Positions 41,001 through 55,458 of a stretch of 64,000 bases of DNA are shown here, in pieces. The stretch's first letter is position 1. Each line of letters starts with the position of its first letter. Source of the stretch: the human T2T-CHM13v2.0 reference genome, Homo sapiens. The notes under the pieces were generated by a model, which did no database searches, was not told where the DNA came from, and saw only the letters and a program-made list of their open reading frames with translations. The stretch lies in assembly GCF_009914755.1 (NCBI RefSeq), contig NC_060934.1; one strand, given 5' to 3'. A program made the position numbers and the translations under genes.

Positions 41001-44000
41001 ATTTGGGTCTGCTTTGACCTCATAAATGTGAGGAGAAATAATGAATGTTAACAAAGGCCCCATCCTATGAATCCAATAGGTTGATTTCGTTTGTGAATTC
41101 TTAGTGCCTTTTCTAAGAGAATATGCATTGTAAGTGTCATAGAAAGGGAGCAGATGCAGCCATTTACCAACTCAGTTGACATAAAACCTTTTCTGTTCAT
41201 TTTCGTACAAAAGAATAACGTGCAAGAGATTTTCAGAAACGCTGCTCCAGCTTTCATTCTGTCAGTTCTCCTCCCCGAAACTTCTCACTTTTCTCTGCTC
41301 AACCAAGATTGTTGGCAAGTGTGTTGACACACTCTTTACTTAGTAAACAGACACACCTTTACAGAACATTTATAAACCTTACTTGGGACTAAGTAGAATG
41401 GCGCACCCCAGAAGAAATGCTCTAGGTAGATTTTATAACTCATCATATATAATGTTTTAAAGGAAAAAAATATTATTATACATAACAGAGCAAGAACTAA
41501 ACACCAATTCATGCTATGATGTTTGACACTACTTCATGAGTTTATCTGGATGTCTTGACTCTATCCAATGCCTTCCATATTTTAAGGTCTATGGGATTAT
41601 CTGGACCTATGGTCACTCTTGATTTCTTTCCTACGGGCTCTTATAACAAGTTTTGTGAACTGATTGCAGTATAAATAGACTGTGAATTAACTTCTGGTAA
41701 GCTCATCTTACTCAGACACACTCAAAAGCTATTCCGCACACAAACAGCTCTTGAAACTGCCATGTCAGAACAGGTCTGTATTTCTATCTTTAAAGTTAAT
41801 CTAGAATGAAAACAGGTGAGACTTACACTGTATCTTCTTATTTTTACACATACTGTTACTGAAAATACCCTTGATCTTTAGTATTTTAGAACCTAGGTAC
41901 TTTATATAAATAAATGCATTTCTAAACCAGTCAACCATCAGCTCCCAAGACAAGAGAGGGAACAACTAAGATGCCATCTTCTAATCCAGAGCTTTAATTC
42001 TGATCTTTTATTGTTAATCTTTACAGCACTTTAGTGAACTCAATCATTTCATTTAGAATTTTTTTGTGTGTTTAATTTTTTCATTATTTTTCCTGATCAT
42101 AAATAAATACTTGTTCATGGTTTGAAAACAAGAAAAAAAATGCATGAGAAAAAAACAGTTTTAATCACATTTCCCAAAGATAGTCTCTCATTACAATTTC
42201 CTTCTTATATTTTTCAAGAAGTTGTAGACACAATTTTGACTTTTATGTTTTTTATTTACCACTGAAACACAAATCTTCTCATGTTAATCTTGATTCTTTG
42301 TAGACTTCATTTTTAATGGTTATATAATATTTAATTGTGTGCTTTTATGCCCTAATTTGATTGACTACCCACAAATAGGCTGTTCAAAAACATTACTTAT
42401 TTAGTGTTGTGCCCCTTTTCTTTCTTCTTAAAAAAGGATTTGTAGCTACTTTAGAATTAATTTCTGAAACATGTATCCTGGTGGGAACTATAGGAGGAGA
42501 GAAGCCTGAAGTATCAGAAAATCATTCTGGAAGACAAGATGTCCTGGGTGGCTAAGAATGCAGGAGGACATGGTGCAGGGTGTGTGGCAACACGTGTGTA
42601 TGCAAGAGTTGTTTGCTGTGCTCTAGAGAGACAAGCTGTACTGTGCTGTGTGGCACTGTGACAAAGAGATCAGTTGTGTAACTAGCGAGGCAAGAGGGGG
42701 CAGGTATAGGAGACATCTGGGGAAATCATAGGCTCTGACAACTGAGACAACTGGAATAGAACTACAACCTGGCCACAGGAGATTGGCTTCCACTGCTGTA
42801 CCTGGGGTGAGATGCTGCGTATAGCGTGGGCCGGGTCAGGTCTTTGAATAAACCTATTCCTGTTGCAGTGGTGTGTGCCCTTCTCTCTCGTGTCAGTATG
42901 TCCTGGAAGTCAGGGCAGACTGATACAGGGTTTTTTGCAATATCATATTCAAATTTATGTCCTTATGTCAAATATCAGAGCTGAAGAAGAAAACTGACCA
43001 AATGTTTCTAAGTAAATACCCTGCAGTGCCATTATACTAATTTTGATAACTACAATCATGTATTTAAAGTGAGCTCTCTTCAGTGACTACCAGTGAGGAA
43101 ATTTTGTGCCTGAATTTCATAAGGATATAGGAATGACACAAGGAACAACATTTCATTGCATAGATATTCTTATGCAACGTGTTTGCATTCACACTCTTCT
43201 TATCAAACACATTCGGAACATATGATCCTTTATTTAAAGAATGTTGAAGAAGTTCCTACATGATGATCTGACCAATCGTTCAGCCTTACTTAGGAGCGGT
43301 GGCCTATGCTTCTCAGGGATCTTTGTCTTTACACCCCCAGGTGTTGTTATATCAGACCCTCCCATAGCCTAAGAGCTTATTGACCATGGGCTCAGAGCAA
43401 CAGCCACAAAACCATATTTAATCATCATATCAAATATGTAACTCTCTTGCCTTCTCCATAAAGGTTTTTTCTCTTCATCTTTTTGTTCATATTATTTATA
43501 CATTTATTTTATTTACATATTAATATAGATTATTTATTTACGTATTTATAAAATCCACTTTTGGTGATCTACAGCATCATGGGTTTTCATAAATACAGGC
43601 AGTCATGTATCCCCCACCACAATCAAGATATAGAAAGTTCCATCAACCTCCCCCCCAAAAGATTCCCTGCTATTACACCTTTGGAGTCAACTCATCTCTT
43701 CCACTCCCAATGCCTGGAAATCACTTCTATAAAGACTTATTTTTGTAATCTATACCTTAATTTTACCCCCCAAAAAAAGAAAGAAAGGGTAAATAATCAC
43801 TTTCTTCAGTGTTTATGGGTCTAGGAAAGTTTCTCAATTTGCAGACCTTCAGGCCAATACACTAAACACCACAGACCTAAACTCTGGCCTTTCAGCAGGG
43901 TTGAGGTGGAGCTCCACTCCTTCCAGACCATCTAGTGACATTCATCTAAGAGTTGCTCACCTGAATTCTATAGCAGTCCATAGCTGGTGTATCAGATGTA

Positions 44001-44297
44001 TTTGGTTTTAAGTATAAATCACTTAGTCACAATTAGCTTGCATATCTTAAATCTCCTTATCATGTAACCTGGAATTGAAATTACTTTAATCTATGTTAGG
44101 ATTTCATTATGGAGGAACACCTTGCTTTATGCAATAAATATGTTCTTTGTAAACATGTATTTAAGCTGAATTTTGAAAAATAAAAATTATTTTAAAATGC
44201 TTTCAACATGCTTGCTGATTAAAGGATGAATGAGTGTTTTTTTAATAAAACCAATAATTAGTCTTTCAGCTATCTTGCTCAAAAATCCATGTTCAAT

Positions 44298-44630
<333 letters not shown>

Positions 44631-47489
44631 GTCCATGTTCATGTACTGTCATGGTATCCATCAGGGCACCCCTGAGCTGAGCTTTTTCGTAAAGTTGGCA
44701 ACTCTCTCCATCAATGCAATTCCCAGATACAAGACTCGTTATACACTAAGAAGGAAAGTTCGAATGTGCACATCTCAACCTGTCAGCTTAAATGTAAAAG
44801 TGTGTTTTTCCTTTCAGAATAATTTCAAGACTATTTCAAGATAATTTCAAGCCATTTCTCCCAGCATGCTGCAGAGCCTACACGGAATATTCCTGCCAAG
44901 AACCTTGAAGCCTGTTCCCTCACACAGACTTCCAGCTTCTTGAAAGAATTTTGCAGATTAAGCAATAGGTGCCTAATGCTCATACTGCTCAACTAGCCAT
45001 ACAGCAGATCTGTTTCCCATTTCTAGTTGGAGTTTCAAGGACTTCCTTTTTCTAATTGCTTCCTCAGTTGCTATGGGCTGTAGGGACCGCTGCCTCCTCC
45101 CTTCTCATACCAAGGTTCAGTTGTGTTCTGTTGCATGAAGTCTGAACAAACAGAGAGAAATTTAGGGATGATGGTTGCCTCTGTCATGCCAACATATCCA
45201 GTCATAGTAGCCATCATGAATTGCTTCTAGAATAATAAGTAAGACATCCAGCTAAACCACCTTTGATGACTCAGTTGGATCAGGACTTAGCAGAGGAAGA
45301 TTTCTGCAAATATTGTGGTGTGTGCTTGTGTGCACACACTGCTTCTTTTTTTCTGAGTAGCAAAACTTACTCTCATTGTTAAGTCTTGAAAAGAGGAGGT
45401 TATCTTTGGGCTTCCGTCTTCCCCCACCTTTGTAATCTTCCAAGTGAACGTATTAGAGCACAGATTTCTCCTGTCCCTAAGTCCTATCACATTTATGTTA
45501 TTTCCTCTGTCATTTACTTGGGTAGCTCTAACCTACATTTTTCTTTTCTTTGTTCCTGAACAAAAACTGATTTCTTTCCGGGGAAACTAGAAAGGCAAGA
45601 CTTATGCAGCCAATATGTTTCCCAACCCTCACATGAGAAAAAGGGCACACCGAACACTATAAAAAAACAACCCTAAGCCAGTTGCAGAACCAGATGCTTT
45701 AAGCTGCTTCTCATTGTGGGATCACTCAACACAAAATAAAACAGACCCCCCAAAACAAAGGCTTCCGGTCTCCCGCAATTCCAACAAAAACCTTGTCATC
45801 CAGAACTTTGAAATATCCTAATCCAATTGTCTTCCATTTTAAGTTTTCTTTTCTTTTCTTTTTCTTTTTCCTTTTATTTTTATTTTTATTTTTATTTTTT
45901 AACACAGAGATACTAAGTTGAGGCCAGGCAAATTCTAGTGGTCTTTCTCAGATGACTTCCAAATCTCAATGGCACCTCCTACCTCTTCCTGTCAACTTCT
46001 TATGTGGGCTCCTAACTGTGACTGGTTCCCAGCTGTATTGCTTCTCTGTCATTATTAGTGCTTTGATGATTATCATAATTAATTAGCACACATCACCTTT
46101 TTCCTCAAACATTTTACTTGAGCATTTAAAACAATCAAATACTTGTATGCTATACTTTGGAACTATGTTGCAATTTGCTCTTCATTATTCCAAAGATGAC
46201 AGTCCATTTCATTGTCTCATTCGTTCTCCCTTTTAGCAGAAGGGTTACAGCCTAACATTCTTTAACCCATGCATTGGTTTAGAAAATGTAGGAAAAAGAA
46301 GAAAGGGAACCTTGGAGTAGACACAGAAGCGAGAGGCATGAATTAGGCAGATGTGATATTTTAAACTCTTTAAGACATAGGGCATAGTTTAAAGAGTTCC
46401 TGAGACAAAAGTGAAAGAAACCAATTTGGTGATAGGAGGAATTTTCTTCTATTGAAGTAAAGAGGGAAAGATAGAAGGGAGATCAGAGAAGTGCTTTTTT
46501 GGAACCCCTTGATTCTGTACAGAGCAGGAAAATTATCTACTCTTTGCATCTCCCCCACCAGCATATGCTTCTAGTATTCATGCATTTGAAGTGCTGGGCC
46601 TAGTGCAAGCTTCCTCTATTTTTGTATTCATCATGAGAAATGTTAAAGAAAATCAAGTTATATGATAAGGTAAAAATAAAATAAATAATGATTATTTCAT
46701 GAAAAAAAACCTGAAAGGCAGTTTTTAGAAAATGGCAATTGACCTTAAATAAATGGAGGAACAGGATCTCAACTGGACTCTGGGACTCAGTTATAGGGCT
46801 GTCTCCTTCAAAGTCTAAGCTGAGAGAATTTAGTTGGTTACCAGAGCAGAATACCCAATTGTAGACACCCCAGGGACCTGAACAAGTTGAAACAACTTCA
46901 TTGAAAGGTCAAATTTACTTAGGATGTCTTGAATTCAGATGTCGTAGTAAAAGTAGGGTAAAAGACCAGGAAAGTCACTGATGTCTTGACAGATGAATAT
47001 TTGCAATATACATTTTTATGCCTGACACATCACACTCCATTATGCGGATGTCAATTTGGGGCCACTACTTAGTTAAGCAGAGAACTTTTCTTCCTTTTTT
47101 TCGGGGGAGAACAGTACGTTACTGGCACTGAGCAGAGAGTAACTCAGGAGGCAGCTTATCAGAGACCATGAAGGGGCATTCTGTGGGAGTCTGAGCAAAC
47201 CAGGGGCATATGCGACCCATCATTCCCACCAAGACAAACCCTGCTTCTACAATGCTTCCACCAAAACTGTTTATCCTTTCCAACCCCTCTCTGGAGAATA
47301 ATTTAAAATGGAATTGTAAAGCCACTGCTGGAGTAGGGGAATGGAGGAGAGGGAGGGAAGGCAAATATAGCCTTCCAAAGCTCCTTGGGGGCTTAGTCAT
47401 AATCCTGAACTTGCAGTCTATCAGGGTCAATCCTCTCCCCATTTCTGGAAGGAAGGTGAGGGGAACAAGCAGGCTGCGAACTGGGCAGA

Positions 47490-47660
47490 CCTCTATTCCA
47501 GTCCTGCCTCTACCACCTACCACTGTACGGTCTTGGGTATACCTTTGATGTCAGTTTCCTTATTTACAGAATGAGTTTTACATAGTTGTTTTGATTTGTT
47601 TTATGTAGTAGAAACAATGTGTGTACCATGTCTGGTACATAGTAGCGATCTGTAAATGGG
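47490..47660 (+). mobile_element. MIR
   Basis: cagtttccttatttacagaatg...tctggtacatagtag. Confidence 0.6.
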
Positions 47661-48668
47661 ATGCCTCTGGCAACACTGACTTCAGGACCCAGAGCCAGTG
47701 ATGTCTGTTTCCACCTTTCATCTTTCGTTTTAACATTCTACTTTGTCCACGAAGTGGATGTTCAGAATGGAAATAGCTACACTGGCATCTGCTGTGCCTT
47801 CTTCACTTGCACAGCATTGCATCAAGTAGCTGCCACTGCCAGTTCCACTATCTGAGGGTATAAGGACAAAGCAATTGGCACAGATGAGGTATAGAGGGTG
47901 AGCAACCACTTGGTAGCAAACACCTGAGCTGTGACCCTGTGGATTCCTTCCCCACACCCATTTTCAGGCCATTCCCACTGGCAATCAAGGTTTCTGGGCC
48001 CATAGTACCCCCTGATGGCCGACATGGGGAACTTTCTTTTCCCAACAATTCCTTTCTCCTCCCCAGTGGGACCTCCCTGTCTTTCACAGGTCACAGCCTT
48101 GTTCATTCTGTCATGGACCATTCATTTCTCACAAACTTGTGTAGCCTTTCCTGCCTTGCTTTTTAAATTTCCTGTTCAATTATTTCAGGAACATTGATTT
48201 TTCTTCCCCTTTCTTTCTCTCACTTTGTTCCATTTGTGAATTCTGAAATTATTATGATTGTAGTTGATAAGTATAATAGTAGGATTAGTGCATTCATCTA
48301 TTTATCAAGTAAACCACTATATATTTGGAAGTAAAATAAGACATAGTGTGGAATGAGCAGCATCAATCTCTAAAGCCCTTTGAGATATCTAGACATTTTC
48401 CTAACCTACACAAAAGAGGACATTGTCTTCTCCAAGTAACACTGACATTTTCTGGACATTATTTTTCTGTTTAATTGCCAACTTGTTCTAGTTTGTCCCC
48501 TACTGTTTTACTGCAAATATAATTCAGCTACAATAAGGGTTAAATGCATTCCTGTGGGCTATTCTGGAAACCAAAGCACATCTTTCAGCATTAGTTCTGT
48601 ATGGGAGAGTGAATTCAAGGCTTCAAGCAATTGCTTTAGAATGAACTTGGAAAATATAACCTATTGTA

Positions 48669-48994
<326 letters not shown>

Positions 48995-50764
48995 TAGGAG
49001 TGGTCAGTTATTTTTTGAATTCATAGTTGACATCTGGATTCTCTGGTTTTTAATCTGTTGGCCTATGACATCTATTGGGATGAGTACTTACAAAGTAAGT
49101 CAGTTGTAACTTATCAGGGCAGACATTGATTCTTCCTTTATCAAAAGAAAAAAATACTAATCAGATCCTGATTTGATGTTATGAGACTATACAAGAAGAT
49201 TATTAAATTCTTTTCCACGACCATAAATTGCTTCTTGGTGAAAACACATCAACCATGTCTCAAAATATACTTTCCTTAATGTAAATTCAAATAATGTTAA
49301 TGATTCATGTCTTTATTTGGCCTGCTTTAAAATACTTTTAAAAATACAAATGATTCGGATATGAATTATTAAAATGGCATTAATTTTATGTTTAAATGTT
49401 TAATTCTTCTGGTTTACGAAGCTTATTCTTAAACTAGAGAGCAGTAGCTAGAAAGTGTCTCAAGTCTTGATAAAATAACTAATTAAAAGATTTCTGTCAC
49501 AAATTAACATCAAAAGGTTTAATCTTCCTGGTTGCTAATACTCAAATTTAAAAGTAAAAGCTTATAAAAACTGGTATAAAATAACAGAATATTTAATAAA
49601 ATGATAAGCTATTGTGACCATATATAGACAGGCATGATAAAAATATAATTTTCCAATGCTTTTATAAAATACTTTCCTAATTTGGTCATAATTCAAGGTA
49701 ATGCTTGTATAGTCTGTTTTGCTTTGAAATATTTTCATATTTATGAAACTGAAATTGTTTTCTCCTTTAACATAAAAGATACAAATTATAGTAACAAGTA
49801 AACATCATCCAGCCAATTTCATCGAAATTCTGTGAAAATATTCCGCATAAATTCCATATACGCACTAATCAAACAATTAAAAATCAAAGAAATCAAGTAT
49901 GTCATAAAATAGTTGTGTGGTACACAAGGTATTTTAAACGATTATTTATCAAGGACCATTGTTCAAGCTGACATATTCGCATTTTTCTGGAAAGAGATAT
50001 TTGCTTTCTGATAATATATACCTTTTGAATTCATAAAGTTTTGGTGGTAAAAATTAAAGCATTTGGTGTTAATGTTTTTGAAAGCATCGCATTTAAATTA
50101 TTTTCTCAGGCTCTAAAGAGAAAACACCAGAGGAAACGTAACCAGACTGAATTGTTTAAAATGTATTTTCCCTTTAATTAAATAAGAAACATCTGTCTAG
50201 GGATTTTGGAAATGAATGTAATCCATCCACACTCTGCCTGCACTAGTTCGCATTCAATGTCTAATACTTTGAAAGAAAATTCTTTCTTTCTGTAAAGAAT
50301 TAAACAGCAACGCGGAGTGATGTCTGGGTCTGCAGCAGCTAAGTCCTGCCTCCCGAGCTTGGGCACTGGAAACGCTAAGGATCTCTCTTTTTCCAGATCT
50401 GTCCTTGAGAAGCAACCAAATTCTCTCCACAGTCAAAGTTAGGACATAGTTTTTGTATTTCTCCAAAACATCCACTCACCCTGAAAATGCTCATCTCAGA
50501 AAGGTAAAGAAACAGGAGTTGCCAGGATGCATCCGAACACTCAGGGTCAAAATAGTGTCCTTTCTCTAGGGTTCACTAAACGTCTTCCTTCAGTTAACTG
50601 AGAGTTGAAAAAACTGATTTCTCTAGAGACCCACATAGCCCACAATACGGACATATCAGACAAGCTAAACGAGCAGCACACCAAGACAGCGGGAAGTCGC
50701 CTCTGGGATGGCCCTGGTTCTTCCAAACCCAGGCCCACAGCTTAGAAGGACAAATCTCACTTAC

Positions 50765-50898
50765 TGGTGGTGTCAAACGGTATCTGCCTGCACTGCGCAG
50801 ACCCCTCCGCGGGCCAAGGACAGTAATAGACGGCTCCCCCTTCCACGATATCGGGCTGGCTGGTGTTGGCTTTGGGCGCCCCCACCAAGACACTCGCT
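50765..50898 (-). CDS. ITGA8: ITGA8 exon 2 (134 nt)
   Basis: ttttgcag|AGCGAGT...ACCA|gtaagt; encodes [44 protein letters not shown] (FG-GAP repeat). Confidence 0.98.
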
Positions 50899-52120
50899 CT
50901 GCAAAAGAGTTGGAGAAAGTCACTCTTTGGGCGCCACAAAACCGTGCGCATGCAATGCAGTCTCTGTAACCTCCTGCCCGGGGACACTGGGGCAGGCGTG
51001 GAGGGCATGAACGTATTTATGATGAGGACCGACTGTCAAACTTGATTTCCTCTTGGAAACGGGGGTCCGCAACCTGGTTTGCAAGAATGCAAACGGTCCT
51101 GCTTCTCTAGGTGGAGCTCTGTGGGTACAGTGAGATGAGAGAAGGGGGTGGGGTAGGAGGAAGCCAAGGACAGAGCCCAGCTGCTGGTAGCCGACAGCTC
51201 TTGCGCCCAGACGCAATGGTTACAGACTCTGCATAAACAGACCTCGCTGTGGTGGCGGTTTTAACTGGCTTGGGTCTTCTGGGTCCTGTTCTCTCCTTTG
51301 TAGGATGCGTGCGTCTTGGTACCTGGAACACCCAGGACTTGCGTGTTCTATGCAAGTGGCATGTCTCTAGCTCAAAATTCACAAGGCACATCTAGCATGG
51401 CAGGGGAGAGAAGGGGCTGGTGGCGGGGAGAGGGACGGGACCCCGGGCAGGCGGCAGGACGGGGATCCCAGGCTGCGGGGGGACTCCGCGGCAGAGCCGC
51501 TGGGACCTGACCCGGGAGCGCCTTCGCCCCCGCGCGCACCTCCCCGGGTCGGGCGACTTACGTGCGGGCGTCGGGTATGTGGAAGTCCACGGCGTAGCCG
51601 AAGTAGCTGCCCTTGGGGCCGCTGTACACTGTGAGCTTTTCCACGTCCAGGTTGAACGCCTGACAGGCGGGGGACCACAGCAACATCCCCAGCGCGGCCG
51701 CGGCGCAGCAGAGGGGCGCGATCAGCGGCGCCTGGCTTCCCCGGGGACCGCGGCTGGCCCCGGGCGACATCTCCCTCCGCCCCGGTGGGTGGCTGCTACC
51801 CAGGAGCGCGAGCCGAGGACCCCTGCGGGGCAAGGGGGGCTGGTGGAATCTGGCGGTCCCCAGCTGCCCGTGTCCCGGGTCGGTGCGCTCGGCGCACCCG
51901 TGGTGACAGTGCCCGGCGTCTGCTCCCACCCGCCCGCCCGCCCAGCCGGCTCGGGGGGCTGGCCCAGGGGCTCTAGCCCTCCTCCGGCCGCGGGCAGGGA
52001 CCAGCTCTCTCGCGGCGCCTCCTCGCGGCTGGTCTAGAGCCAGGGACTCCCGGGCGGCCCAGCTGGTGGCTGGAGCGCTGGGTGCCTCTTCGGGCTGCCC
52101 GGATTTCTATTGCAGTCCCA
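50780..52120. promoter_or_regulatory. CpG island / ITGA8 promoter over exon 1, intron 1 and exon 2
   Basis: Very GC- and CpG-rich, densest at 51400-52100; overlapping GC boxes cccgcccgcccgccc at ~51929-51943; no obvious TATA box. Confidence 0.9.
51562..51770 (-). CDS. ITGA8: Integrin alpha-8, coding exon 1 (209 nt): signal peptide and mature N-terminus
   Basis: ATG at 51770 reads [38 protein letters not shown]|[31 protein letters not shown]; donor AC|gtaagt; recognised as human ITGA8. Confidence 0.98.
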
Positions 52121-52458
52121 TCTCAAGGACAATCAGTTTCGTCTCTGTCACCTCAAGCTATTTATTGCTTTAGAAGCAATGCCCCAGGTGGAGCGAGAGC
52201 TTGCTCCAGTTGTGTCAAAGGCGCAGCTTGGATGGAGAATGTGAAAACCAACCCCACCACCAGGAGGGGCAAAGCAATTATCTCTTCATCACCTCTGCAG
52301 CCTGACCTCAGCGTTCACGGCTTTGCACGTCTGTGATGAGAGTTAAAGTTGAAATGCAACAACCCTCTCCTCCCCTAAGTCCACCCCACCTCCTGGCAGA
52401 GCTAACTCATATACAAGAAAGCCTCGAGGGTTTTTTTTTGTTTTTGTTGTTGGGTGTC

Positions 52459-52459
52459 T

Positions 52460-52490
<31 letters not shown>

Positions 52491-52491
52491 C
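52459..52491. repeat. (TG)12(CG)4 alternating purine-pyrimidine tract
   Basis: Read directly from the sequence. Confidence 0.95.
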
Positions 52492-52554
52492 CTGTGTGTG
52501 TGCATGTGTGAATTTTTTGTTTTTGTTTGTTTGGTTGGTTTGCTTTGTTTTATT

Positions 52555-52864
52555 TATTTTTTTTTTTCTTTTTAGAGATAGGGTCTCTCTCTCGCCCAAG
52601 CTGGAGTGCAATGGTGCTATCATAGATCAATGAAATCTCAAACTCCTGGGCTCGAGCGATCCTCCTGCCTCAGCCTCCTGATTAGCTGGTACTGCAGATG
52701 ACACATCACACCTGGTTAATTTTCTAATTTTTTTTTGTTGACACTGAGTCTGCTCATGTGGCCTAGGCTGGTCTCGATCTCCTGGCCTCAAGCCGTCCTG
52801 CCACCTCGAGTTGACTTTTAAAATTTCTTTTCTTTCTTTGTTTCTCTTTCTTTCTCCTTCTTCT

Positions 52865-52909
<45 letters not shown>

Positions 52910-53025
52910 GAGATGGGGGTCTCACCATGTTGTTCAACATGGTCTTGAACTCCTGGACTCAAGCGATCCTCCCACCTAAGCCTCCCACAGTGCTGGGATT
53001 TCAGGGTAAGCCGCCTTGCCCAGCC
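52555..53025 (-). mobile_element. Partial AluJ, T-rich tract and Alu left monomer (FLAM-like)
   Basis: Reverse Alu at ~52555-52806, polyT to ~52906, monomer at ~52907-53025. Confidence 0.8.
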
Positions 53026-53857
53026 CTTGAGATTTTATTTAAATCTTTCTTAAAGGCATCTTGGGCATATTAAATGACTTAGTAGTAAATCTCCATCCTG
53101 TGTAATTGTGATGAAGTTTGGCGCAGTTAAGAATGTTGGAATTTACAGTTTACTTTCTGCGGGGGTAGAAGGTGTAGTTCACAGTCTACAGGAGTTCAGA
53201 TTTCGGTTCTGATCCGTGGGTGTTGTCAATCTCTTCCCATGTCTCCTGTGTCGGAGAGGACGTGAGGCTTGAGTAGGGGAGGACAGAGAAGAGAAAGGAG
53301 TATAGATCCCTTTACATAACATATGGTCATTCGTTAACATTAAACAAAACAGGTCAGCATGAAACCGGAAGGAGCCGAGGTTAAACAGATATGAAGTTTA
53401 GAGACAGAAGAGCTAAGTTTTTTCTGAAGCATGTAAGAGGATTTGGTGGCAGATGTACATTTACGTAGGATTTTGAATACGGGGCTTACATTTGGGCACT
53501 GTGGGGGGAGAAGTTGAGGGAAGGTATTAATACTTAGAAAAGACAGAGATTAAATGGTTGTGCATGGGATTGGAATAAAAGGGGTGGGTTAGGAAGTGGT
53601 GGGAAATAGGGTTGACTGGATCTTCAGGAAGAGGATCTTAATAACAATAACATTTATTGAGGCAAAGGGAGCCAGTTCTAGAGCAGAGACGGGACATACC
53701 TTCTGGGGCTCCAAAAGTTTAGGGGTGGGGAGTGGGGGGTAGTTGTTGGAAGGAAGGGAAAGCAAAGTAGGTGTTGCCTAGATGCACTGGGAGGCGAGGA
53801 CCTCAAGCTGGTTAACAGAAGGGAGGGGAGGGCCACAAATGCTAAAGAAAAGGGACA

Positions 53858-54179
53858 GGCTGGGCACAGTGGCTCACGCCTGTAATCCCAGCACTTTGGG
53901 AGCCCGAGGCGGGAGAATCACAGGGTCAGGAGTTGAGACCAGCCTGACCAACATGGTGAAACTCCGTCTCTACTAAAAAAAAAAAAAAAAAAAAAAAAAA
54001 AGCTGGGTGTGGTTGCATGTGCCTGTAATCCCAGCTACTCAGGTACTCAGGAGGCTGAGGGAGGAGAATCCCTTGAACCCAGGAAGCGGAGCTTGCAGTC
54101 AGCCGAGATTGCAGTCAGCCGAGACTGCACCACTGCACTCCAGTCTGGGCAACAGAGCGAGACTCCATCTCAAAAAAAA
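53858..54179 (+). mobile_element. AluS with expanded middle A-run and two internal micro-duplications
   Basis: tactcagg twice and tgcagtcagccgaga twice. Confidence 0.9.
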
Positions 54180-55067
54180 TTCAAGGTGTCTCAAGGTATT
54201 AACCTAGAAAAGAAGAATAGCGAACGGTAGCAGTGGGCTAGGACAGCAGATTGGGGAAGTAGAAGGTGAGTTAGGTGCTGGGCTCACTGATTTGAGTTAC
54301 TAGCCTGCGATTAGCAATGTAGATGGCAGTTTCGGGAGTGGTCAGTCTGTCCATTGATTTGAGGGTCTATCCAGAGAAAAAAATCTCTGAACTTACTGAA
54401 AAGCTGGACTTCTTGTCTCCCTTACATCAGAACCCACTCAGTAGACTGATCTGAATGTTATATCTTTACTTGTCATGCCCCTGTAAAAAGAATACAAATA
54501 AATAAGCTATCAAAAATTTCCCTGGCAAATTGTCACGTCTGGATAATTTCCTGAGTATTCCTTTCCCAGGTAAAGACTTAGGAGTAGATGGTAGAAGACT
54601 TGCTTCTCATTTTAAAAGTTCATTTGCTTTGAACGCAGAGTCTGCTACTCTGATCAAGTTACTATTGTTCATCAAAGTGGTGTTCCCTTCAGTAATTTTC
54701 AATGAGGAATTCATGGGCAGCATACAAATAGGAATGTTGACAACTGTGTTGGACACTGAGGTTAGAAAAATAACCTCAACTCAATCATTTCCTGACACTG
54801 GCATGCTGAAATTTGGAAATCTGTCCTATTGCAAGCTAGCCTGAGATGGATGAGAACCATCTAAATAGGCAGAAGGTGATAGAATGATCCTAGACATGCA
54901 CCTGACCTGTGTGCTGACTTACTAGGTGGAACTAGCTATATATTACACAATGCTTTGATTTGCATAGAGAAGCACATCACCAGGGTATCCCATGTTGTAC
55001 CCACTTGCTTACTTCCTTGGCATATTTCTTAAACTTTTTAGTCTTTTTGTTCAAAAATAGAGTGAGA

Positions 55068-55458
<391 letters not shown>

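Noticed and set aside
42420-42930. Possible old LTR (AATAAA and a gactgataca end)
   Set aside because: Family and boundaries could not be assigned by eye.
47119-47548. Overlapping 134-aa and 112-aa ORFs
   Set aside because: No recognisable homology or exon signature.
51771-51929. In-frame 53-codon extension upstream of the ITGA8 ATG (GTG start)
   Set aside because: The ATG at 51770 has a purine at -3 and directly precedes the signal peptide; the GTG sits among GC boxes, probably at or beyond the transcription start.
51420-52037. 205-aa antisense ORF over exon 1
   Set aside because: Expected in a GC-rich CpG island; GTG start and low-complexity G/P/R composition.
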